From Candidatus Bathyarchaeia archaeon (GTDB lineage Archaea > Thermoproteota > Bathyarchaeia > 40CM-2-53-6): a stretch of 64,000 nt of DNA. The notes beneath the pieces are model-generated. The model was given only the letters and a program-made list of their open reading frames with translations, ran no database searches and was not told the DNA's origin. Of the stretch, positions 36,607 to 47,337 are shown one piece after another (the first letter of the stretch is position 1; each line of letters opens with the position of its first letter). The DNA lies in assembly GCA_049513715.1 (NCBI GenBank), contig JBEKVV010000002.1, positions 448,001-512,000 of the forward strand, read 5' to 3'. The translations under genes were made by a program, and so were the position numbers.

Positions 36607-39600
36607 TTGCATAAGAAATTAGTTGCAGCGCTTACAATCGCTATATTTGTTTTGAGTTCCGTAGCGATCATAGCTCCTGCAAGTGCCCACTTCACGTTGG
36701 GCGATTTGACGCCGAACTACAGATTCCACGCGAACGACTATGACCCGCACGTAGCAGGGCCACTCATGTACGTTTCGCCAGGCGCAGGTGCCGGGGCGTT
36801 CAGTGGACCATACTCAGGCGGGCCTGTAGGCCTGTTTCCTCCGGGTTATCAATCGCCTAACCCAGGCGGTAATCCACCCGGTCAGCAGGCTAGTGTCTAT
36901 CAGCTTGATGGCAATACCTACGCACCCTTCGGTGCAATATTGACCTCAACTGCCGACCACCCGAACACTGGACCGTTGGTCTTCGCGATCAACTTCAGCG
37001 ATCCGGCGGCTTTCAGCTACATCAATGCCGCTGGTGCGGCAGCTCCATGGGCTGGTATGCTTGGATACTGTAGTACTGGATTCAGCTACTGTGCAAACTA
37101 CACTGGCATAACAATCTACATTCCACCCGAATTTGACTTGAGCGCAGCCGCGAGCAACCCAGGTCTCGTGCAGTCCACCATTGGTGCGACGGCCAACGAC
37201 GTGGTTGTTTCGCAGGTAAGCAACTGGGACGCATTCGGCCCCGGTTGGTGGCAAGTCACTGTTACGGGTGACATTCACTTCTGGCCACAACACAACTACC
37301 AGGAATGGTACTACCTCAAAATCAACAACGTAGTGGCGCCAACAACTGCAGGAAAATACTTCTTCAAAGCCTTCTTGTTGGACCAATACTTCAACAATAA
37401 CTGGCCAGGAATGGCTCGCACATATGCGACGAACGGGTTCCAATGTGACCCGAACGACCTTACAGCTGCGTGCTGGACTGGCCCGTTACCAAACAATCCA
37501 CTCTACATTCCAACTTCTGGTGCAACCAATGCTACTGTTCCAGTTGAGAATTATCCAGTATTGCTGGTCAAAGGTGATATTGACCCAGGCATCATAACCG
37601 GAACCGTCCGGTATGGTACCTTCAACCAAACCCTCTACCAGCAACCCATTAACTTCCCAGGGAAGGTTTGGGCTGTTGGCACAGCAATTGACCCGTACAA
37701 ACCGGATCATCCATCGACTGGTCGCAACGTAACTGCTATGGGCTACTTCAACGCCTCAGCTCAAGGTCACTTTGAAGTTGAAGGCGTCGCTGCAGGTGTA
37801 TACGACATATACGCCGAGGCAGCAGGGTACCCCGCGCAGCTCGTCGCATCACAAGTAACCATACTACCCGGCCAATCGTTCCATTTGGACATCTACCTGA
37901 ACCCAGGACCAGTTGTCAATGGACAAATCTACAGCAAACACTTGTTTGGTGAAGAACCTTGGCCAAGCAACCCAAGACCAGTGTACGTAGAACTTTACGG
38001 CGCCAACGATTACGCTAGCAGCAGTGTTAGAGCGTTCTCACCTCTGAACTTGACGACTCCGCCCTTCATGGCGTACGATTGGGATCTGAACCAAGGTGCG
38101 CCACATGGTGGACAGTTCACAAGCACAAACATACCTCCATGCGAGACGGCTCCGTCCGGTCCATTCAACGGCCACGATGCGTCTGGTTGTCCAACACCCA
38201 GACCCGTAGCCTACCCGTGGTTCGCAGTGAATGCGGCTTGGGGTGGATCGTACTATAGCCAATTCTTCCCCCCTACTGCACTCGCAGCAACCTACGCCCT
38301 AGCGAACCATCATGACGCAGTCCAGTGCGGTGGAACGAACGACCTCTGCGGTAAGCAGAACGGCGTTGGTCCAGCGCAGTACTGGTGGGTTGATGGTGCT
38401 GGTGCGTTCACGAACGGTGGTGGAGCGAACAGTTTCATCTACCGATTCGGAGTGAAGGGAGTTTACGGTGCACCAACAGACTTTGATGGACACGTTCCGC
38501 AGGCTTTGGCAACATGGGTCAACGGTTTAACGCCCGGTCGATACTGGGTGAGGGCGTGGATCAACGGATACACGCAAACACTCCAAGACGGCCAGACGCT
38601 TGACGAGTACTACTTTGATGTTGCGAAGGATGAGTGGGCTGGAGACGTATTCATGCCCATGGACCTTCGAATCAGCAGTACCATCAACAAGACCGTTCAC
38701 TTCCACGACTTGCCAGGCACGCTACAAGACTGCGCAGTGGATGGATGCATCAACTCAGCTGGCCAAAACACGAAACACGGTCTCGCAAATGGGGCTAGAT
38801 TCCTAATTGCCGAGGTCCGCGATTCGAGCGGCAAGCTGTGGGGCATGAACTTCACACGCGTCTTTGGCACTGACGAGAACATGACAATTCAAATCAACGG
38901 GTTCGGCATGATGGGACCCGACGCTTTCGGACTCAAATATTCAGACTTTGTCTATGCAGGTTACAGGGACTACGGACTACCCGCAGGAACATACACAGTC
39001 TACACGTACATGCGTGGTTACGTTCAGCAAACCTTCGAATCCGTTTCAGTGACGCTGAGCGGAAACGCAGCACAGATCAGCAACCACCTCTACCGAGGAG
39101 CCATACTCAACATGACCATTTGGAGCATCGACTGGGAGCACCCCACGACCTCAAGGCCTTGGGAATTTCCAGGCTCCAGGTTCCGGACCTACCTCTTTGA
39201 CCAAAACGGTAAACGATATGGACCCATCGGTGACGTCGCCACTGCACAAGCTTCTGCCCCGCGTCAAACAGGCCCAGCTCGAGGAGACGATCCACGCAGA
39301 CAACCACTACCAGGAGCCGCTTCAGGCAACTGTGGTGGTGGCGTAGCATGTGCTTGGACTGACACAGAAGGGCAAGCTTTGATCTACACGGAGTGGGATG
39401 GCGCGATAGCAGCCGACCGTAGAGGCCCAGACATTATAACGAGCTTCTACGAGCAAGTCGGTGGTAACCTGGAATTGGAAGCCTACGGTATCGGCTTCCT
39501 CAGCATCCCAACCCTCTACAGAGACAGCGCAACGCCCTTCGCCACTAGGATAGGCCTGGAAACTGGAACGTACACGGCATTCAGCTTCACGCCGGGTTAC

Positions 39601-41022
39601 GTGCAACACCAGGAATTCAGCGTCTACGCACCGAAAGGTGGAGTTGGCGACATCAGAGTGAACCTACTGCGAGGAGTCAACGTGACACTGAACATACCCT
39701 TCAAGAAAGAAGGCATCTTCACACCAACCGACTTCAACATGACAATGCGCGTTCGCTTGTTCGATGATGCAGGCAACCTAGTTGCCACGCAATCATCAGC
39801 AGCACCCGACAACGAGAACCTGAACTCCGAAAACGACCCAATCGGTCGCGGCAGGTACGCATACTCTCCGAACGCAGCCATCGTCAGCGCCTACTACAGC
39901 TACTACGTCGACCCATTCTCACCATCGCCCGACATAGGGAACGGTTTGAAGAGTGTCGATGCTAGTTCAGCAAACGGTGATGGCTTCCTCTGGTTCGGTG
40001 ACTACTACGGTTCATCGACCCCTGGAGTCAAGGTTTGGCAAGGCTTCGACAGCAACCAAGGACAAGCAAGCCAGGCGTGGCCTTCGTTCTACAACATACA
40101 ATGGAACGGTTGCCCAAGCGACGTACCGGCCTGTATTCCGACAGGAGCATACTGGGGCAACTTCCAATGGTACGGTGCAATCCCAGCGGGAACCGAGCAA
40201 GTCCGCGTATCCATGATGGGTATGTACGACATCTTCGGTGACCCACTTGATGGACTGAACGCAGGAGTACTTCACACTAAGGCATGGGACGGCTCTAGCG
40301 GCGAGAAGATTGACTCAATGCTTTACGGCATTGACGGCTTCTCATCCACCATACCCAGCAGCTACAGCGGTGGCTGGACTGCTGAGGTAGACACGGTGAA
40401 CCTCTATCCGAAACCACAGTTCGCAGCGAACGGATTCCCGCTTGCGACGAACTGGTTCCCAGCAGCTGAAGGCCTACTGGAAGGCGATAGCTTCCACACG
40501 ATTCCGGGAAGCCCAGCAGGACCCTTCGGTTACACCACTGACACCCTATCCGCCAACGGACTGGGTCCATACGCTCAACGCCAAGTGTGGAGCATACCCA
40601 ACGCTCACCTAGGAGCAGAAGCCTCAGCAATCTACGAACTTGACAAACGCGGATACATCAGCGGAAACGTCTACGGATTCACGTGGGCGAACGACTTCCG
40701 CACGCAATCCTGGAACACGATCCAGTTTGCATCAGCCACGGGCAACCAAACCTTCAGCACGTGGACTCGTGACGGATTCTACGACGCCTACCTGGACGCA
40801 GGACAGTACAACATGCAGGTCATCGCTTGGACTCCAAGCGGTAACCAAGGCTTCACCACAGTAAGCCAATCCCTCACCATCAGCAGCGGACAAAGCTCAT
40901 CGGGCGTCTCGTTCCAACTGGAACGAAGCAACATCCCGGTGCCAGAGTTCACATCAATAGCGGTTGTAGCATTCTCAGCGCTAGCAGCATCGCTTTACGT
41001 ACTACGACGCAGACGCAAGTAG
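36607..41022 (+). CDS. 1471-aa cell-surface glycoprotein with PEF-CTERM, candidate S-layer protein
   Basis: Signal peptide ending ASA-HF; Gly/Pro/aromatic-rich beta domains; carboxypeptidase-regulatory-like modules; many NxS/T sites; IPVPEF-TM-RRRRK. Confidence 0.8.
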   Translation: MHKKLVAALTIAIFVLSSVAIIAPASAHFTLGDLTPNYRFHANDYDPHVAGPLMYVSPGAGAGAFSGPYSGGPVGLFPPGYQSPNPGGNPPGQQASVYQLDGNTYAPFGAILTSTADHPNTGPLVFAINFSDPAAFSYINAAGAAAPWAGMLGYCSTGFSYCANYTGITIYIPPEFDLSAAASNPGLVQSTIGATANDVVVSQVSNWDAFGPGWWQVTVTGDIHFWPQHNYQEWYYLKINNVVAPTTAGKYFFKAFLLDQYFNNNWPGMARTYATNGFQCDPNDLTAACWTGPLPNNPLYIPTSGATNATVPVENYPVLLVKGDIDPGIITGTVRYGTFNQTLYQQPINFPGKVWAVGTAIDPYKPDHPSTGRNVTAMGYFNASAQGHFEVEGVAAGVYDIYAEAAGYPAQLVASQVTILPGQSFHLDIYLNPGPVVNGQIYSKHLFGEEPWPSNPRPVYVELYGANDYASSSVRAFSPLNLTTPPFMAYDWDLNQGAPHGGQFTSTNIPPCETAPSGPFNGHDASGCPTPRPVAYPWFAVNAAWGGSYYSQFFPPTALAATYALANHHDAVQCGGTNDLCGKQNGVGPAQYWWVDGAGAFTNGGGANSFIYRFGVKGVYGAPTDFDGHVPQALATWVNGLTPGRYWVRAWINGYTQTLQDGQTLDEYYFDVAKDEWAGDVFMPMDLRISSTINKTVHFHDLPGTLQDCAVDGCINSAGQNTKHGLANGARFLIAEVRDSSGKLWGMNFTRVFGTDENMTIQINGFGMMGPDAFGLKYSDFVYAGYRDYGLPAGTYTVYTYMRGYVQQTFESVSVTLSGNAAQISNHLYRGAILNMTIWSIDWEHPTTSRPWEFPGSRFRTYLFDQNGKRYGPIGDVATAQASAPRQTGPARGDDPRRQPLPGAASGNCGGGVACAWTDTEGQALIYTEWDGAIAADRRGPDIITSFYEQVGGNLELEAYGIGFLSIPTLYRDSATPFATRIGLETGTYTAFSFTPGYVQHQEFSVYAPKGGVGDIRVNLLRGVNVTLNIPFKKEGIFTPTDFNMTMRVRLFDDAGNLVATQSSAAPDNENLNSENDPIGRGRYAYSPNAAIVSAYYSYYVDPFSPSPDIGNGLKSVDASSANGDGFLWFGDYYGSSTPGVKVWQGFDSNQGQASQAWPSFYNIQWNGCPSDVPACIPTGAYWGNFQWYGAIPAGTEQVRVSMMGMYDIFGDPLDGLNAGVLHTKAWDGSSGEKIDSMLYGIDGFSSTIPSSYSGGWTAEVDTVNLYPKPQFAANGFPLATNWFPAAEGLLEGDSFHTIPGSPAGPFGYTTDTLSANGLGPYAQRQVWSIPNAHLGAEASAIYELDKRGYISGNVYGFTWANDFRTQSWNTIQFASATGNQTFSTWTRDGFYDAYLDAGQYNMQVIAWTPSGNQGFTTVSQSLTISSGQSSSGVSFQLERSNIPVPEFTSIAVVAFSALAASLYVLRRRRK

Positions 41023-41033
41023 TAAAAACCCAA

Positions 41034-41068
41034 AGGGCCCAAAAGGCCCTATCCCCTTTTCTTTTTCC
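41034..41068 (+). terminator. Hairpin plus pyrimidine tract terminator
   Basis: AGGGCC-CAAAA-GGCCCT followed by ATCCCCTTTTCTTTTTCC just after the stop at 41022. Confidence 0.75.
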
Positions 41069-41279
41069 ATTCAACTAACAAAGAACCTTTTCCGTTCGTT
41101 TCCTAACCCGCGACATGCTCAGAGTCTGGGCGTGATTCTAACTCAATACTAACGGCATCGTTTCCCAGCCATATGCACCTTCTGCAAATACGCGTAGGGC
41201 AGTTTTGCCGCAACATTATAAAGCGAAAGGAGCGAAGGCCAGCAGTCATCCCGCAGGGGAATTTGTGAGGCCAACAATT

Positions 41280-43508
41280 ATGGCAAACAAGAGCCTACCG
41301 GTCGTCGTTCTCTTGTTTGCAGCGGTCCTCACAATTTCGAACCCAAGCGTATACCCTGCTACGCAGGCGACGACGCCCATAACGTTCTACGCCCATGCGC
41401 AGATTCCCAATAGCACAATCCAAGGGCCAATCCTCAACGCCCAAGCTCAATGGGGGCCGCAACAGGCCGCTCTTCTTCGGCAGGAAACGGTCTTCACCCT
41501 CGATCCCCCACTGGGAGGAGATGTTGTCTTTAGAGGAACGAGCACGATGGCGCTCTGGATTCGCGCGGACAACAGGCTCACTGGGTTCCTACAGGTCCAC
41601 TTGAGCGAATTCACCGCGGACGGTCAAAACAGGACAATCCCAGGATTTGGGTTCGACAACGTGCCCGTATCCCTCGACTCACGCGCCCATGCAGAGAACT
41701 TTGCCCTCCTCGTAAATTTCACTCTTCCCAAAGGATCCTCAATACAACTGCGCATAAGACTGATCACCGACGACAGAATTACAGGCGCCTACCTTCTCTA
41801 CGATAACCCTACAACGCCAACTCAAATCACACTCCCAGTAAAAGGAGCAACAACGACCACGATAGCCCTAACAACACTGAACGGGACGTTAACCAACATC
41901 TTCTTGACGAAAGGCGTAACAAACGCAACGGTCCTAGCTCAAATCACGGTCACAGACTATCTCGGTCTGTATGTGCTCAATTCTGCGACTCTGACAGTTA
42001 CCGACGGCCAAGGTAACGCTGTTGGCACCGTACAGAACATACTGACCACCGAACACAGAATCAACCAATACACAGCCACGCTAACGTCAACGCTTAACCT
42101 TCCAAGTGGCTCGTACACCCTCACAATTGTAATAACGGACAGAACGGCAAACGTTTACACGACAGCCGGCCAATTCTACATATCGCCCTACTACTTCACC
42201 AGCATTAGAGTAATCGATCAAGCCAGTAATCCTGTCCCAGGTGCCAATATCACTGCAGCCACATCCGGCGGGTCATACAACGGTCAGACAAATCAAACCG
42301 GATGGGCCACCCTCGAACTGCCGTCCTCCGACTTGGTAGGGCAGTACACCGTTACGATGGCGTTGAAGAACGCCACCTTCGGCCCATACATTATCTCGGT
42401 TGAAGGGAACAAAAGCGTTACAATCGGCATACCGGTCATAGATGTAACCCTCAATATTCGGCTCCTGGGAATCAACCTAAGCGGAGCTGATGTCGAACTT
42501 AGAGCGGACTCCAAGTTGGTTTCGTCCGGAACATCCGACGCGTCTGGAGATGTGCGTTTCCCACGAATCCCTCAGGGGAATTACACGGCCCAAGTCCGAT
42601 ACCTTTTGACAGCGTTCCAGACCCAAGTGCCACTGGGCACTTCGGGAACTGAACGAATCGACGTTCCCTTACCTTTTCAAGAACAACTTCCGTTCGCCCT
42701 CATTTTGATTGTTGGACTTGCCGCGGTTTCCACGGTATTGCGCAGGCGGAAACTCTACGAAGCGCCATTAGGTTACATCAACATACTCACAAAGGGTGGT
42801 GTTCCTGATTCTTGCACAACAACAATCGCAGGTGGGTCCGGTTCAGGAAAGACAGTGCTGCTAGAATCGCTGGCCGACAGATCGGCGAATTCAGGCCGCG
42901 GCTGCGTTTATGTTACAAACGTTGAACTACCAGCAAACGTTAGGGCAAACTCTTCAAAGTTAGGAATCGATTTGGCAGAACACGAGAACCAAGGCAACCT
43001 CGTTCTCATCGACTGCTACTCTGCTCTATCCGGAACGCAATCAAAAGAAAAAAGAGCCCTCTCATCTTTCACCGACCTCACCAGCCTAGGAATTCTCATC
43101 ACGGCCTCAATAGAAGAAATGGGAAAGACCACCGACGTATACTTCGACTCTCTGACCCCGCTCTTTACGACATTGAAACCGGATTACGTCGTTTCATTCC
43201 TCCAGTCAGTTGGCGCGAAAGTGAAAAGCTCTAACGGCCGCCTCACCGCAACAATCGGGACAAGCGTCGAAAAGGAAACTCTAACGCGAATCGAAGAAAT
43301 GTCGGACATCGTGGTGGAAACCCAGTTACTCGAATCGCGGTCAGGACAGAAGCGCCGGCTAAGAATTAAGAAACTGCGAGGACACTCATACATAGACACA
43401 TGGGTTCCATTCAAAATTGGCGATGGTCGGGGAGTAACGTTCCTAACTCACAAGCCCTACACAGAGAATGATATGAAATCAGGCGACGTGGGGCGCCTAA
43501 GTAAATAA
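41280..43508 (+). CDS. Extracellular beta-sandwich domains + TM + cytoplasmic KaiC/RAD55-like ATPase
   Basis: Signal peptide from ATG 41280; TNQTG/TSDASG carboxypeptidase-regulatory modules; TM+RRRK; Walker A GGSGSGKT, IDCYS, Walker B VYFDSLT, IKKLRG. Confidence 0.85.
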   Translation: MANKSLPVVVLLFAAVLTISNPSVYPATQATTPITFYAHAQIPNSTIQGPILNAQAQWGPQQAALLRQETVFTLDPPLGGDVVFRGTSTMALWIRADNRLTGFLQVHLSEFTADGQNRTIPGFGFDNVPVSLDSRAHAENFALLVNFTLPKGSSIQLRIRLITDDRITGAYLLYDNPTTPTQITLPVKGATTTTIALTTLNGTLTNIFLTKGVTNATVLAQITVTDYLGLYVLNSATLTVTDGQGNAVGTVQNILTTEHRINQYTATLTSTLNLPSGSYTLTIVITDRTANVYTTAGQFYISPYYFTSIRVIDQASNPVPGANITAATSGGSYNGQTNQTGWATLELPSSDLVGQYTVTMALKNATFGPYIISVEGNKSVTIGIPVIDVTLNIRLLGINLSGADVELRADSKLVSSGTSDASGDVRFPRIPQGNYTAQVRYLLTAFQTQVPLGTSGTERIDVPLPFQEQLPFALILIVGLAAVSTVLRRRKLYEAPLGYINILTKGGVPDSCTTTIAGGSGSGKTVLLESLADRSANSGRGCVYVTNVELPANVRANSSKLGIDLAEHENQGNLVLIDCYSALSGTQSKEKRALSSFTDLTSLGILITASIEEMGKTTDVYFDSLTPLFTTLKPDYVVSFLQSVGAKVKSSNGRLTATIGTSVEKETLTRIEEMSDIVVETQLLESRSGQKRRLRIKKLRGHSYIDTWVPFKIGDGRGVTFLTHKPYTENDMKSGDVGRLSK

Positions 43509-43553
43509 GGGGAGACAAGTAATTTCAACAAGTAGGTCAAGAGTGCGAAGAAG

Positions 43554-44303
43554 ATGGACCAAGTCTTAACTGGTATCAAGGGCCTCGACGAGGTCTTGAG
43601 AGGCGGCTTACCAAAAGGAAGAACTATACTCGTGGTCGGAAGCCCGGGTTCAGGCAAAACCACCTTTGCCATGGAGTTTCTCGTACGGGGAGCAAGAGCT
43701 GGCGAGGGAGGCCTCTACGTGAGCATGGACGAGAAACCTGAGAATGTGAAAGTCAACCTCGCTTCATTTAATTGGGATCTTGATTCTCTTGAGCACGATG
43801 GAAAGATCACCTTCATTGATGCAACTCAACTCAGGCGGCCAGGGCAACGGGCTTACGCGGGGTCGCCGGACCAAGAAAATTCTGTCAGCCTCGTTCTACC
43901 AGAACTGACGCTAGGAGGTTTGGCACGGACCGTTCGTCGTGTTGTAGCTGAGGAGAACGTACAGAGAATCGTCATAGACCCCATAACTTCCCTAATGCTT
44001 CGGTATGCGGATGAACCAAAGCGCCGTCGGGCAACGCTGATGTTTTTCGACGCCTTAGAATCGACAGGCGCCTCATGTCTCGTCACGAGCGAGCTTCGGA
44101 CTTCGATGCTTGCGAGAAGGTTCCAGCTGGAAGAGTACTTGTCACAAGGCGTCATACTTCTTCACACGATAATAAGGGAAGGGAACGTGATTCGAGCGGT
44201 ACAGGTTGAAAAGATGCGGGGCATAGCACACGACGCACAACTTCGCCCCTATCAGATAGGTCCGACAGGGATTGACGTGTACCCGAAGGACAAAGTCTTC
44301 TAG
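43554..44303 (+). CDS. KaiC/RAD55 family ATPase (single domain)
   Basis: TGIKGLDEVLRGGLP, GSPGSGKT, YVSMDE, RIVIDPI, EEYLSQGVI, VEKMRG..H. Confidence 0.93.
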   Translation: MDQVLTGIKGLDEVLRGGLPKGRTILVVGSPGSGKTTFAMEFLVRGARAGEGGLYVSMDEKPENVKVNLASFNWDLDSLEHDGKITFIDATQLRRPGQRAYAGSPDQENSVSLVLPELTLGGLARTVRRVVAEENVQRIVIDPITSLMLRYADEPKRRRATLMFFDALESTGASCLVTSELRTSMLARRFQLEEYLSQGVILLHTIIREGNVIRAVQVEKMRGIAHDAQLRPYQIGPTGIDVYPKDKVF

Positions 44304-44377
44304 CGCCCCAACACGCACCCCAGACCGGAGAGGAATCGGTCCTCAGCCAAGGCAAGTGGAGACAGGGGCTGAGGGAC

Positions 44378-45127
44378 ATGAAACCGGCCGAGAAAATGAA
44401 AAAGCATCAGCGAACCATCAGCAAAGTTGTACTCATAATCTCCCTCCTAACCCTCATAGTTCTAGGGTCGACGATTCTTGCAGTCAACATGCTGCGCCCC
44501 TCCATGAACGGCACCCAGCAAGCTCATGGATGGCAACGAACGCCTGAAATCAGAATCGTCATGGATTCCACCGCCGACTGGGCCCGAATCATGTTCAACG
44601 ACCTCTACGAAACAAACACAAATGGCATAAGAGTAGCAGAGTTCGGCGCGAGAGGCTGGTTGGCGGGGAATCACACTGATGACCGAATCGATGCCGGGCG
44701 CGACTTGACGTTTGTAGACATCATATACAACGGCACGGTGGTTAGAACAGGTGATATTGTCGGGTTCTTCAAAGGGAACAATGATTTCAGCCACACGAGA
44801 ATGTTCGCAGACGTTGTTTTGGAAGTAAACGAAGACGTTCGGCAGGTATCAATCTTCGTAATGATCGCTGGAGCTGGAACCACAAACTTCCAATTCATCA
44901 ACAAAGAATCGGGGCAGGTGATATGGGAAGATACGCAGACTGGCAACAGTTTCACTCAATACACGCGCCGATGGATGTCGCCAGACACATTCTTCACAAC
45001 CACGCACATTGAGGCCACTCTGGTCTTGGTCCTAGCTGCCGGAGCAGTCATCACCATGATTGCCCTCAACCCGATTATCTTAGGCAGAAGGTCATCGAGA
45101 ACTATTGAGGACAGTGAGGGCCTCTGA
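44378..45127 (+). CDS. Hypothetical protein with N- and C-terminal TM helices flanking a beta-rich extracellular domain
   Basis: Hydrophobic segments at both ends; GAGGGA RBS; 2 nt from the next gene. Confidence 0.75.
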   Translation: MKPAEKMKKHQRTISKVVLIISLLTLIVLGSTILAVNMLRPSMNGTQQAHGWQRTPEIRIVMDSTADWARIMFNDLYETNTNGIRVAEFGARGWLAGNHTDDRIDAGRDLTFVDIIYNGTVVRTGDIVGFFKGNNDFSHTRMFADVVLEVNEDVRQVSIFVMIAGAGTTNFQFINKESGQVIWEDTQTGNSFTQYTRRWMSPDTFFTTTHIEATLVLVLAAGAVITMIALNPIILGRRSSRTIEDSEGL

Positions 45128-45129
45128 GT

Positions 45130-47337
45130 GTGAGATCAAAGAGACCAACGAGGAGCGGTCTGGACGGTGTGCTCAACAGCAACTCCACTTACTTACTAGT
45201 CGGAGCATTCATAGTCTCCATCGGGATCACTCTCCCCCGTTTCGCGCCCGGAATCCCCATGAGCGTCGATACGACCAGCCATCTCTATCGAATTCTCTTC
45301 TTCGACCATTGGCTGAAGCAAGGAGTAGTCCCATTCTGGAGCCCCGATTGGTACGCAGGTTCCCCTGCCATACTCCTTTACCCACCGTTGGGGTACTACA
45401 TCGTTCTAGCGCTTTCTGGAATCGGGCTAGACCCGCTATTTTCTTACAAGGTCATTGATGCGGTTTTCTATTGGCTAGCCCCTCTAGCCGTCTATTTCCT
45501 TAGCAAGGAACTTGGTTTTGGTAAAGGGGAGAGTGCCCTTGCAGCGTTGCTATTCAGCGTCGTTCCCGAAGTCATAGAGAACTACATCTTCTTCGACAGG
45601 TTCCCCACGGTATTGTCAGTGCCCTTATTCTGTGCATTCATAATACTGTTCCATCGCGCGCTTAACCGCCCACATAGCCTCCTGAACATTCTCGGCTCAG
45701 TATTCTCGTTGTCAGCGCTGTTGCTCACACATCACCTGTCCGCTATGATCGCGGGCATTGTTGCCGTTCTGATGGTCCTCCTCGCCTGCGGAAAGTTCGG
45801 CCACACGCAACCGTCACTCACTTTGTGTATCGTGGCTGCGGGAACGCTTGGGCTGACGGCGTTCTGGCTTATGCCCCTCATTATCTCACTCCGCTACTTC
45901 CCCGCGAACCCATTCTACAACCGAAACGTCCTCTTCCCATTTGTCCGCTTCTTGTACTTCGGCTACGACATTACCTCTTACCTTCTTGGCTTAGCACAAT
46001 TCGTGCTGGCAGCAGTCGCGGTTCAATCGGTTTTGGGTAGAAAATTCGGCGCAAAGTTGCGATTGAAGGCCATGGTCTTCTTTCCTTTTCTCCTAGGTGG
46101 AATGGCAGTGTTCCAAGTGGGCGAAATCATTGGCAATAACGCAGTCCGCTACGTTACCCAGTTCATTGGCCAGTTCATTCTAGTTGTGTCGTTTGTCGTG
46201 TTCTTCGGACAGTTCCTCGTCTTCCGCGACGCGAGACGACTGTTCTTGAAACAGAACGGCGCCATACTTGCGGTGACATGGTTCCTTGTTTTCCTTTGGG
46301 TAGGCTTGGGCATTTACGCCCTACCGATCTTGCAGCTCCCTTACATACTTCAATTCTGGGTGAAAACCATGGACGTCTACCGCATATGGCTATACTTGGC
46401 GCTACCGATGAGCGCTCTGGCCGCCCTAGGGTTCATCCGTTCACTCGCCAAGCTCTGGAAGTGGAGAGCCGTTGCATCACTGATTCTGATTGCTCTGGTC
46501 GTGACCCCAGTCACTGTAAGTGTCGCATTGAAAATGAATTACGCGTTTAATGCAAGTGTTAATGGCGTACTGCCCTACAGCACAGCCAACGCCGAGATAC
46601 CCCACTCAATCCTCAACTACTTCCAAAACCAAAACTCATCCGACAGAATTCTAGGAATCAATGTGCCGTTCTGGATCTACGTTCTCCCGAACTACGCCAA
46701 CAAACCAATCGTCGACGGCTGGTACCCGCAAACCAAACTAGTGACGCAACTCGTCAACATCGATGACTACCGCCTAGACGATCTGGAAACGACTTCGAAT
46801 GTGACTCGTATTGAAGTTTGGAGGTCACTACTAAACAACTACCAAGGGCTCGACATCGGATGGGTCATTATCGGCGGGCACAGTCTGGCTGAACAAGTTA
46901 TGACTGGAACCAATTTCACCGAACAACTAGCCGTCCCATACCAGACGATCCAAGGCCCAATCGACCTAATCGTCTACAAAGCCGCAAAACCCCCATCAAT
47001 GATCAAAGCAGGCTCAAGCAATCATCTTACCCTAACGTACGTGACACCAGACAAGATGATCTTGGACTTCACACCACCTAGCCAAACGGGCGTGGTCATT
47101 GTGAAGGAGGCTTTCTTCCCAACGTGGGCTGCAACCGCAGACGGTCAAAGACTCAGCGTCACGGCCGACCCTGCCACAGGTTATGTTCTGCTAAACGTGC
47201 CCCCGGGCATACACCAAATAATCCTCTACCAGAACACAAATTCTAGCCTCTGGAACCTCGTTTCAACCGCCACCCTTGTCGTGTGTGTGATCCTGGCAGG
47301 CGCCTGGCTCTCCATGAAAAGGAGGTCGGGACACTGA
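45130..47337 (+). CDS. GT-C type membrane glycosyltransferase (PTPS-related/YfhO-like)
   Basis: D...H in the first loop, WSPDWYAGSP....YPPLGY, many TMs, C-terminal KEAFFPTWAATADG...V.PG.H.I.L.Y. Confidence 0.8.
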   Translation: MRSKRPTRSGLDGVLNSNSTYLLVGAFIVSIGITLPRFAPGIPMSVDTTSHLYRILFFDHWLKQGVVPFWSPDWYAGSPAILLYPPLGYYIVLALSGIGLDPLFSYKVIDAVFYWLAPLAVYFLSKELGFGKGESALAALLFSVVPEVIENYIFFDRFPTVLSVPLFCAFIILFHRALNRPHSLLNILGSVFSLSALLLTHHLSAMIAGIVAVLMVLLACGKFGHTQPSLTLCIVAAGTLGLTAFWLMPLIISLRYFPANPFYNRNVLFPFVRFLYFGYDITSYLLGLAQFVLAAVAVQSVLGRKFGAKLRLKAMVFFPFLLGGMAVFQVGEIIGNNAVRYVTQFIGQFILVVSFVVFFGQFLVFRDARRLFLKQNGAILAVTWFLVFLWVGLGIYALPILQLPYILQFWVKTMDVYRIWLYLALPMSALAALGFIRSLAKLWKWRAVASLILIALVVTPVTVSVALKMNYAFNASVNGVLPYSTANAEIPHSILNYFQNQNSSDRILGINVPFWIYVLPNYANKPIVDGWYPQTKLVTQLVNIDDYRLDDLETTSNVTRIEVWRSLLNNYQGLDIGWVIIGGHSLAEQVMTGTNFTEQLAVPYQTIQGPIDLIVYKAAKPPSMIKAGSSNHLTLTYVTPDKMILDFTPPSQTGVVIVKEAFFPTWAATADGQRLSVTADPATGYVLLNVPPGIHQIILYQNTNSSLWNLVSTATLVVCVILAGAWLSMKRRSGH

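Noticed and set aside
43554..44303. Circadian KaiC or RadA recombinase call
   Set aside because: Single domain with no kaiB nearby and no RadA N-terminal HhH domain; kept as KaiC/RAD55-like.
45130..47337. Oligosaccharyltransferase AglB or true PTP synthase
   Set aside because: No WWDYG motif and no T-fold catalytic motif; the Pfam name 'PTPS-related' does not imply that activity.
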